A DNA stretch of 12,132 nucleotides, from contig JASFYO010000034.1 of assembly GCA_045047305.1 (NCBI GenBank), positions 1-12,132 on the forward strand, written 5' to 3'. Positions within the stretch are counted from its first letter, which is position 1. Each line of letters begins with the position of its first letter. The notes under the pieces were generated by a model, which was not told the origin of the DNA, searched no databases, and saw nothing but the letters and a program-made list of their open reading frames with translations. Below, piece by piece: positions 1 to 6,267 of the stretch. The position numbers were made by a program, and so were the translations under genes. Source of the DNA: Planctomycetota bacterium (GTDB lineage: Bacteria > Planctomycetota > UBA1135).

Positions 1-25
1 TGAAGGCGTTTCCTTTGAGCTGCTG

Positions 26-601
26 CTAAGAATGCGACGCGACAGGCTTTACCCAAGCAAAGTCTTGCCATGCCTCGTCCAAGGGGATCTCTGCGACGTG
101 ATTCACATAGTTACTCATCGTTTTCATCGCTACACCGACGATGACTTCCATGGCTTGAGCAGGTTGATAGCCCGCACTTACAAACGCAGCCAGAGCATCG
201 CCCTGAACACGTCCACGGTGCTCCACCACTTGTTCCGTGAAGCGGCGCAAAACCTCTAAACGTGCATCTGGGATCTCACTGCCATCTCGAAGTGCCTGAA
301 GAAACTCTTCCGGCATGCCAACACTTTTAGCGAAGGCACTATGCGCAGGCACTCAGTACATGCAGTCATTCCAATAGCTAGTCGCAAGTAAAACGACCTG
401 CTCCTCCACTGGAGTCATGCTGCTTGCTCCCATGAAGTTCGCGCTCAACCCCATGTAGGATTTCAATGCAGATGGAGATGCTGCCAAAGTCCCAAGAAGG
501 TTCGGCACCATGCCGAATTTCTTTTGAGCCATGGCAAGCATCGGGCGTGACGCTGGTGGAGCCGTCTCTGGTGTAAAAATGGGGAAAGATTCGTTTGGCA
601 T
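26..601 (-). CDS. AhpD/carboxymuconolactone decarboxylase-like protein, 191 aa, with in-frame TGA at 353-355 (probable selenocysteine, CxxU)
   Basis: ORFs 353..601 (82 aa) and 26..352 (108 aa) are contiguous, in the same frame and separated only by one TGA. The joined protein shows the family pattern throughout: FGMVPNL..LA.SP..L..Y, EEQVVLL..S..N.CMY*V.AH, L..FT..VV..RG.V, AGY...Q..EVI.GVA.KT.SNY.NH.A..PLD. Confidence 0.88.
292..352 (-). promoter_or_regulatory. Candidate SECIS-like stem-loop immediately 3' of the in-frame UGA
   Basis: mRNA after UGA, folded by eye: GUGCC(+14..18) pairs with GGCAU(+34..38), and CGCU(+21..24) pairs with AGUG(+28..31) around an AAA loop. An outer helix GUGCCUG(+1..7)/CAGGCAC(+55..61) is also possible. 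The apical loop lacks the G typical of bacterial SECIS elements. Confidence 0.4.
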
Positions 602-626
602 CGTTCTGTATGTTTAAGTTTCTAAT

Positions 627-1235
627 TTAAGTAGAGAGGGCGGGGGAATCGGCAAAGATTCCCTGGAGCGCAACCTGCATGGTGCGACGCAATGTGGACA
701 AGGTTTGCCCTGACCTCGCTTTCACCACCACACCTTGCATGACGCTTTGCACCAAGCTGGCTGCGTCGAAGGCACTCAGATTTGGACGCAACCCACCTCT
801 AGCGTGCACGCGCTCACATGCCGCGAGGAGAGCATCGAACAGACGTTGTTGCTGCTTATTACCAAAGTCACGCAACTCCCGATCGTGTGGCCCCTGTTCG
901 ATCAACATATTGATCAGTAAACATCCGCGAAAATTGTGATCACCAAAAACGTTTTGCGGTACGCGTTTCAAAAGCACCTCTTCCAAAGCTGCCTGGCCAT
1001 CAGGGTTTGTGAGTAAAGGCTGGAGGATGTTCTCGTCAGTGGAGCGGTCATAGAGACCCAAGGCAGCTAAAAACAAGGAGCGCTTATCCCCGAAGGTGCT
1101 GTACAAGCTAAAACGTTCGATTCCCATAGCATCCAACAACATCTGAATACTGGTGGCCTCAAAACCATGCAGCCAAAACACCTGCATGGCGTTCTGCAGG
1201 GCGATTTCTGGGTCAAAGGATTTCGGTCGGCTCAT
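627..1235 (-). CDS. TetR/AcrR-family transcriptional regulator (NemR/ComR-like subgroup)
   Basis: N-terminal HTH MSRPKSFD...AMQVFW.HGFEATSI..L...MGI.R.SLY.TFGDKRSLF, with a C-terminal domain containing the RGCLLIN motif typical of this subgroup. Confidence 0.95.
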   Translation of the reverse strand: MSRPKSFDPEIALQNAMQVFWLHGFEATSIQMLLDAMGIERFSLYSTFGDKRSLFLAALGLYDRSTDENILQPLLTNPDGQAALEEVLLKRVPQNVFGDHNFRGCLLINMLIEQGPHDRELRDFGNKQQQRLFDALLAACERVHARGGLRPNLSAFDAASLVQSVMQGVVVKARSGQTLSTLRRTMQVALQGIFADSPALST

Positions 1236-1272
1236 TTCTGAATACTCATTCCTGAATGCTCATTCAGTAATT
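1231..1272. promoter_or_regulatory. Putative TetR operator: perfect palindrome plus an overlapping degenerate copy (14-bp period)
   Basis: CTGAATG-CT-CATTCAG at 1252-1267 is a perfect 7-bp inverted repeat. A degenerate copy CTGAATA-CT-CATTCCT lies at 1238-1253. CTCATT recurs at 1231, 1245 and 1259. The array is directly upstream of, and overlaps, the TetR start codon. Confidence 0.75.
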
Positions 1273-1316
1273 AGACTAGAGTTGGCCCATTTCAAGGAAA
1301 ATTCACCCAGGTACGC

Positions 1317-1347
1317 AAAAACCCGCATACCGTTAAGCGTGCGGGTT
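1317..1347 (-). terminator. Rho-independent terminator downstream of tRNA-Thr
   Basis: Minus strand AACCCGCA-CGCTTAACGGTA-TGCGGGTT-TTT, beginning 8 nt after the tRNA CCA end. Confidence 0.8.
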
Positions 1348-1355
1348 ATTCGTTT

Positions 1356-1430
1356 TGGAGCCAGAGACGAGAATTGAACTCGTGACCGCCGCTTTACGAA
1401 AGCGGTGCTCTACCCCTGAGCTACTCTGGC
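1356..1430 (-). tRNA. tRNA-Thr (anticodon CGT)
   Basis: Minus strand GCCAGAGTAGCTCAGGGGTAGAGCACCGCTTTCGTAAAGCGGCGGTCACGAGTTCAATTCTCGTCTCTGGCTCCA. Acceptor stem GCCAGAG/CTCTGGC, anticodon arm CCGCT-TTCGTAA-AGCGG, T loop GTTCAAT, encoded CCA. Confidence 0.97.
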
Positions 1431-1438
1431 TTGTTTTT

Positions 1439-1475
1439 GAAAGAAGAGCCGGCCTACCGCGGTAGACCGGCTCTT
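1439..1475 (-). terminator. Strong hairpin with a short U-rich tail between the HEAT gene and the tRNA
   Basis: Minus strand AAGAGCCGGTCTAC-CGCG-GTAGGCCGGCTCTT-CTTTC forms a 14-bp stem with one U-G wobble, which pairs only on the minus strand. The stem ends 13 nt before the tRNA 5' end. Confidence 0.6.
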
Positions 1476-1484
1476 GGGAGGCAA

Positions 1485-1512
1485 AGTTTAGCGCGGGCGG
1501 TGGCCGACGCAA
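1485..1512 (-). promoter_or_regulatory. Putative sigma70-type promoter for tRNA-Thr
   Basis: Minus strand TTGCGT (1512-1507), 16-nt spacer, TAAACT (1490-1485), then a C-rich discriminator TTGCCTCCC. This resembles stable-RNA promoters. Confidence 0.5.
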
Positions 1513-1527
1513 GTCCTTGCCAAGTGC

Positions 1528-3507
1528 CTACTGAACGCTAACGCCGGCAGACAGGTGGCCGCCACCCATGACGCCGATAGCGCGCGCGCAGGCTTCGGAC
1601 AAAGCTGCGTCGCCTTCGGTCATCGCGGATTGCAGTGCTGCAGTATCGACTGCAACCCCACTCCGTGCGTAAAGGTTGCCCAACGCGGAAGCCGCTGCGG
1701 AACGGACTTCCGAGCTGCGTGACGTATTGGAGACCACTGCGAGCAGTGCGGGTGCTGCAGAAGCGTCGCCGGAGAAACCGAGGCCGATTGCCGCGTACCT
1801 TGCAATGCTGTCAGCACGACCAAGAGCACCAATCATGGCGCTAGTGGCTACACCAACATCGCCATTATGAGCAGCGTGCGCCAAAGCCTTCGCTGCAGCA
1901 GTTGCCATGGTTACATAACGCTCACGTTGCGCATCAAGATCGGCAAAGCTATCGATGATGGTTGCAGCGTCGACCGAGTCGACTACGTTTGCATCCATTT
2001 CGCCAGTGCCATCATTACCAAGAACGTACACCGGAGTGCTGCCAAAGCGAGGATCCATACGCAGGCTCTTCACCACGCGTCCGGCGTAAAGGTCGGAGAG
2101 TGGGTCTGCGATTACGAATGCATCCACGTTGAGGCCGAGGTGCATGTTGACCAAGCCGGTGGCTCCATCAGCAGCGACAGTGACATCTACGCCTGCCATC
2201 ATCAGAGCTTCTGCCAACGCACTTGCGCGGTCGGCGTTGCCATCGATGATGTGCACTGCACGCTGAGCATCGAGGCTCAGTGCAGCAGCAAGATTACTGG
2301 TCACGGCGGAGCTGTAATCACCCTGGTGAGCCAATGCAATCGCAGCGCTGTGACTAACACTTGGGATTGGGCTTTGCAGAGCTTCCTGCAGGCCGTTCCA
2401 AGCTTTGCCACCAGCACCATCAAGAGCAGCGATCAGGACCTCTGCGGTTGCGGCGCGGTCACTCTGGACAGCGCGAGTCAGTGCCTCATCGATGGCGGCA
2501 TGGCCAAGGGTGAGAAGCGCATTGTTCTGCGCAGTCCGCTGCTCTGCGAGGTCTTCGCCGTAGCCCTGAAGGATGGCGACCTCACTGGCATAAACCATAG
2601 CCAAGCGCCATTCAGCACCCATCGCACCCAATTCGTTAGCGCGAAGAAGGCTGTGCTTGGCAAGCTCCATTTCGACCACGTTTTGTGGCACGTCATACGG
2701 GCTGAGGGTGCGACCATCAATGGTCCACAACACGCCGTAGTTCTCGGTTGGAGCCAAACCACGCACCATGTCGTGGTGGAAGTAGTACGAGCCTTGCTCG
2801 AGCAGCATGGATGCTGCATCACCGCTCACGATGGAGCTAGCCAAAGCTTGTACCGAACCGTCGCCATCGTTGGCAGCCATGTCGGCAACCCGAGCCATGG
2901 TGCGTGCATCACCGAGTGCATTCAACACGTGAAGGGAGCTCAAGCGCACCTCGGTGTTGGTGGAATGGGTTGCGGCCAACACTGGAAGAACCATGTTGGA
3001 GCCCATGCGGGACAAAGCGTAAATCGCAGCCAAGCGACGGCTCTCGTTGGAATCTCCCAATGCCGAAACCAGTGGGACAGCTCCGAATGGACCGAAGTTC
3101 TGGCTTAGAGCGAAGATTGCGTTGGCGCGGTCGGAGTATGAGTCCGAGAAGCATCCTTCCGCAGCAGTTGCAGCTGCATCTAGATCACGCATGGCCTCGC
3201 GGCCTTCGGTACGTGCAGAAGCAAGGATTTCCCGCGCGAAAGCTTCGAACTCACCACCTTCGATCAGAAGCTCAAGCAGAGCATCTTCACTTTGGTGTAG
3301 CATCTGCAACGCATCTGCGTTGGATGGGTTCGAGGCAACAATCTCGCGGAACTTGGCCGTTGCGGCCTCATAGTTGCCTTGGTGGTAGGCAGCCATGCCC
3401 TGATCGAGCAGTTGTTGCGAGGATTGGGCGTTCGCGGAAGTCGCGAAAACAGTAAAGAGGGTCGCACCTACTAGAAGGTGCAGCACCGATGTCCGAATGA
3501 GGCTCAT
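1528..3507 (-). CDS. Exported TPR/HEAT-repeat protein with an inserted degenerate receiver (REC-like) domain
   Basis: 659 aa. Signal peptide ending SANA-Q, a TPR-like helix pair (QGMAAYHQGNYEAATAKFREIV), several HEAT/PBS-like repeats (AVPLVSALGD...RLAAIYALSRMG; EVRSAAASALGNL) and a REC-like segment (AVHIIDGN...AGVDVTVAADG...VDAFVIAD...LRMDPRFGSTPVYVL). Confidence 0.8.
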   Translation of the reverse strand: MSLIRTSVLHLLVGATLFTVFATSANAQSSQQLLDQGMAAYHQGNYEAATAKFREIVASNPSNADALQMLHQSEDALLELLIEGGEFEAFAREILASARTEGREAMRDLDAAATAAEGCFSDSYSDRANAIFALSQNFGPFGAVPLVSALGDSNESRRLAAIYALSRMGSNMVLPVLAATHSTNTEVRLSSLHVLNALGDARTMARVADMAANDGDGSVQALASSIVSGDAASMLLEQGSYYFHHDMVRGLAPTENYGVLWTIDGRTLSPYDVPQNVVEMELAKHSLLRANELGAMGAEWRLAMVYASEVAILQGYGEDLAEQRTAQNNALLTLGHAAIDEALTRAVQSDRAATAEVLIAALDGAGGKAWNGLQEALQSPIPSVSHSAAIALAHQGDYSSAVTSNLAAALSLDAQRAVHIIDGNADRASALAEALMMAGVDVTVAADGATGLVNMHLGLNVDAFVIADPLSDLYAGRVVKSLRMDPRFGSTPVYVLGNDGTGEMDANVVDSVDAATIIDSFADLDAQRERYVTMATAAAKALAHAAHNGDVGVATSAMIGALGRADSIARYAAIGLGFSGDASAAPALLAVVSNTSRSSEVRSAAASALGNLYARSGVAVDTAALQSAMTEGDAALSEACARAIGVMGGGHLSAGVSVQ

Positions 3508-3552
3508 TTTCTACCCTGGTTCTTGAGTGGGCTCGGGTAAAGCAAGGGAAAC

Positions 3553-3585
3553 ACGTAGACGGTCCGTTAGTGACGACGTTTACGT
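3553..3585 (-). other. Imperfect intergenic hairpin between anmK and the HEAT gene (possible weak terminator or mRNA stability element)
   Basis: ACGTAGACG (3553-3561) and CGTTTACGT (3577-3585) form an inverted repeat with one mismatch and an inner GTC/GAC pair. It is followed by GTTTCCCTT on the minus strand. Confidence 0.3.
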
Positions 3586-3606
3586 AGGCAACATCATAAG
3601 AACGAC

Positions 3607-4761
3607 CTAAGTGGGGTCAAGCAAAGGTCCGGGAGACCACTGCCCTAAAACACATTGTTGCCGACATCCAGTAGTCGACAGCCAAGTGCTGGGCTCTTGA
3701 AGCAGAAATGCGTCGCCCAAAAGTGCGAAGGCCACGGCCTCCCGCGCATCTGGCTCCCAGCCCAATTCCGCATAGGAATGGACCCGAGTTGCGCCCAGGT
3801 GCCGGTTTAGGGCTGCCTGAAGGGCGGAATTATGCAAACCACCGCCCGCAACATACACCGCCCCCCCCTGCCAGCCGGCAGCTTTCAAGCTCTCGCCAAT
3901 ACTCCAGCCGACCAGCTCCGCCAAAGTGGCTAGGATGTCGCAAAGCTCGGCTTGGGGGGCTAAATTTCTCGTTTTCTGGGCAAGCGCCGCGCCGAACTTC
4001 TCCAAGCCAGTGCTCTTAGGTGCCGCCTGCTCAAAGTACGCATCTTTCTTCAAGGTCGCGAGCAGATCTCCCAGCACGGTTCCTGACGCAGCAAGCGCCC
4101 CACCGAGGTCCATCTCCTGATTAGCCTCGGCGCGCATGAGCACATCGAGTGGTCCATTCGCAGGACCCGAATCCCAAGCTGTGGGTGGACCGGATTTCGG
4201 CAGCAGGGTGATGTTGCAGATGCCGCCTAAATTCAAAATGACACGCTCCACCCCGCTTCCACCATGCAACACCCAGTCGGCAAAAGGAGATATCGGTGCA
4301 CCTTGTCCGCCGCCGGCAAGATCTGCAGTGCGGAAGTTGCCCACCACATCGGCGCCGACAGTGTGGGCAAGAACGGAAAGGTCACCAAGCTGCATCGAAC
4401 CATCCATCGGCTCGCCGCTGTGGTGATAAACGGTTTGCCCATGACTCGCCACGCAAGTGAGATGGTCTATCGGGAAATCGATACGCTCGAGGAAAGTAGC
4501 GGCACAACGTCCGAAAAAGGCGCCGAGTGCGTAATCAAAACGGGCTACGTCGGCCAGTTGCCATGCCGACGCCATATGAATGGCCTGCTGCAGCTTTTCA
4601 GGAAACTGCGCTGCGGCGGCGGAGAGCTTTTCCACCACGCGTTCCTGACCCTCGCCGGTCACCCGAATCAGCGCTAAGTCCACGGCATCGGCCGAGGTTC
4701 CTGAATTCAAGCCCAGGATGTAGCGCGGCTCACTACTCGGAATGCCGCGCATTTGCTCCAC
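3607..4761 (-). CDS. anmK: Anhydro-N-acetylmuramic acid kinase
   Basis: Family motifs GLNSGTSADAVD, SHGQTVYH, FR..D.A.GGQGAP, LNLGGICNIT, DSGPAN, PKSTG.E.F, GGG.HN and EAVAFALLG. The start may be GTG 4761 or ATG 4752. Confidence 0.95.
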   Translation of the reverse strand: MEQMRGIPSSEPRYILGLNSGTSADAVDLALIRVTGEGQERVVEKLSAAAAQFPEKLQQAIHMASAWQLADVARFDYALGAFFGRCAATFLERIDFPIDHLTCVASHGQTVYHHSGEPMDGSMQLGDLSVLAHTVGADVVGNFRTADLAGGGQGAPISPFADWVLHGGSGVERVILNLGGICNITLLPKSGPPTAWDSGPANGPLDVLMRAEANQEMDLGGALAASGTVLGDLLATLKKDAYFEQAAPKSTGLEKFGAALAQKTRNLAPQAELCDILATLAELVGWSIGESLKAAGWQGGAVYVAGGGLHNSALQAALNRHLGATRVHSYAELGWEPDAREAVAFALLGDAFLLQEPSTWLSTTGCRQQCVLGQWSPGPLLDPT

Positions 4762-4769
4762 CGTGTGAC

Positions 4770-5453
4770 CTACTTAGGGATACTCAATACCCAGCCAATA
4801 TTCAGCACGGTATTCTTATCCTTAAGTAGCTTGGGGTTCGCACTGACGATGCGATCGACCTTATAGCCTTGGCCATAATACTTCTCGGCGAGGCTCCACA
4901 AGCTGTCGCCAGCGGAAACCGTGTGCGTGCGGGCGCCTGAGTTAGCTTCGCGGACAGTGCCACTTCCCTTTTTGCTATGCGCGACAACCGCGGCCGCAGT
5001 CCGGTCGGGAAGCACAAGCTTTTCACCTGGAACCAGGTGGTTGGCATCGAGACCTGGGTTGGCGTCGAGAATCTCGCTCATCCGACGCTGACTGCCCAGC
5101 TGATCCTGTGCGATTTCAGACAAAGTGTCGTTGGGCCGGATGGTGTAAATCTGCGGCTGGTCCATCTTTGGCTTACGCACCGATGTTGGCTGCCCCACAC
5201 GATCCTGCTTGGCAGGCACCAAATCCTGTGCCTTCAGCTTGGTCTTGGAACCAAAGTCAGGGAAAACCTCTTGCTGACGAGGTTTTTCAACCCCAGCGCT
5301 AGGCTCCTCTGTCGGATCATCAAGGGAAATAAACAGTGGCTGACGTGCGTCCACTGTGTCGCGAGGCTCAAGGCCTTTGACGACGACGACTCCAAGTAGC
5401 ACTCCAACCAATGCAAGCGCGCCGATGATGATTTGTTTTTCTAACCTTCCCAT
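4770..5453 (-). CDS. Membrane-anchored protein with two LysM peptidoglycan-binding domains
   Basis: N-terminal TM helix (IIIGALALVGVLLGVVVV), LysM1 YTIRPNDTLSEIAQDQLG...ILDANP...LVPGEKLVLP, and LysM2 HTVSAGDSLWSLAEKYYG...IVSANP...LNIGWVLSIP. A GGAGG Shine-Dalgarno sequence lies upstream. Confidence 0.93.
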   Translation of the reverse strand: MGRLEKQIIIGALALVGVLLGVVVVKGLEPRDTVDARQPLFISLDDPTEEPSAGVEKPRQQEVFPDFGSKTKLKAQDLVPAKQDRVGQPTSVRKPKMDQPQIYTIRPNDTLSEIAQDQLGSQRRMSEILDANPGLDANHLVPGEKLVLPDRTAAAVVAHSKKGSGTVREANSGARTHTVSAGDSLWSLAEKYYGQGYKVDRIVSANPKLLKDKNTVLNIGWVLSIPK

Positions 5454-5472
5454 GGTGATCCCCTCCAGGTGG

Positions 5473-5533
5473 CCTCAATATATGGTTCTAATTTGAAAAT
5501 CCAAGCAAAATCTTGTGCCACCACATCTTGTGG
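5473..5533. promoter_or_regulatory. Cluster of NrdR-box-like palindromic sites
   Basis: Three 16-mers resemble the consensus acaCwAtATaTwGtg: cctCAATATATGGttc (5473-5488), aagCAAAATCTTGtgc (5503-5518) and ccaCCACATCTTGtgg (5518-5533). Confidence 0.45.
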
Positions 5534-5559
5534 CGGTCAACCGCCAAGACACTAGCTAT

Positions 5560-6261
5560 CTAGTTGCCCTTGCGAAGTCGATTCTGCACCGCCTCTTCGA
5601 CCCCTCGCGAGCGATAGGGCGACAAGATCCAAAGCTTGCGCCGCCGTATGCCGCGCAAAACTTCTGCGGCCTCATCTCGTGTCAAATGATCCGGGCTGAA
5701 ACGCGCCAGGTACTTCAACGCAGCTGAGCGATCGACATCCTCGAGCAGTTTACCCAAAAGCAGCCGCGCCAAGGGATTGGGTGCCCAGCCTGCGCCGAAG
5801 TCCAAAATCAACACCTCCAGGCCTTGGCCCAGCAAAATATTTTGCCGCTGACGCAAGTCCAAATGGAACACTCCGCGGTCATGCATCTTCTCAACCAGCT
5901 CCAATAACTGGTCTGCGATACGCCGTGGAGCCAAGCGAAAGTTGTCGGGGCTTAACACCGAACCGTGCATGACATCCATGGAAAAGGCGTTGCGGTCAAT
6001 CCGCTCACGCACTACAGGGAAACCGCGAATCCCCTCTAATCTACGCATTAAGCGTCGTTCACGCCCCATAAGGAAACGCGCAATCCAACGGCTATACAGC
6101 GGCAAGGAGATGCAATCCTTCACCACACGTTGCCGGCCGTCTTTACTTTTGGTGCGATACACCGCCGGCTTCCATTTGGAGCCTCGGCTCAACACCTCTT
6201 GCTCCGACGCCGCAACCTCCGCTCTTGGCCAAGCAGGTAGCGGAGGAAATTTCAAAACCAA
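5560..6261 (-). CDS. Protein-kinase-like fold enzyme (Kdo/WaaP LPS kinase or RIO-like family)
   Basis: VVKD lysine motif, RERRLMRRL helix-C Glu, catalytic loop RGVFHLDLRQRQNILL and ILDFG. The TTG start is uncertain. Confidence 0.85.
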   Translation of the reverse strand: MVLKFPPLPAWPRAEVAASEQEVLSRGSKWKPAVYRTKSKDGRQRVVKDCISLPLYSRWIARFLMGRERRLMRRLEGIRGFPVVRERIDRNAFSMDVMHGSVLSPDNFRLAPRRIADQLLELVEKMHDRGVFHLDLRQRQNILLGQGLEVLILDFGAGWAPNPLARLLLGKLLEDVDRSAALKYLARFSPDHLTRDEAAEVLRGIRRRKLWILSPYRSRGVEEAVQNRLRKGN

Positions 6262-6267
6262 CTCGAA

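Noticed and set aside
26..352. 108-aa ORF as an independent gene, and 353..601 as a separate 82-aa gene
   Set aside because: They are two halves of one domain split at the CxxC motif, and the GTG start has no ribosome-binding site.
353..355. Genome-wide UGA reassignment (code 4 or 25) as the explanation for the internal TGA
   Set aside because: kdsB, pyrG and the phosphatase gene end at TGA at their expected C-termini, Trp is encoded by TGG, and the position corresponds to Cys rather than Trp or Gly.
1231..1272. 14-bp repeats as a CRISPR array or iterons
   Set aside because: There are no spacers, only three degenerate units, and no cas or rep gene. A TetR operator explains them better.
1268..1300. 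Sigma70 promoter for TetR using TTGAAA as the -35 element
   Set aside because: No convincing -10 hexamer lies at 16-18 nt spacing, so I did not call it.
1153..1377. 74-aa plus-strand ORF across the TetR leader
   Set aside because: It overlaps TetR, the operator, the terminator and the tRNA on the opposite strand, with no protein-like features.
1356..1430. The tRNA as tRNA-Sec (selC), given the nearby UGA gene
   Set aside because: The anticodon is CGT, the acceptor stem is 7 bp and the variable loop is short, so it is an ordinary tRNA-Thr.
1867..3108. 413-aa plus-strand ORF
   Set aside because: It lies entirely antisense to the HEAT-repeat gene and has no recognisable motifs, as expected of a codon-bias shadow.
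5515..5727. 70-aa plus-strand ORF starting in the NrdR-like region
   Set aside because: It is mostly antisense to the kinase gene, with no RBS or recognisable motif.
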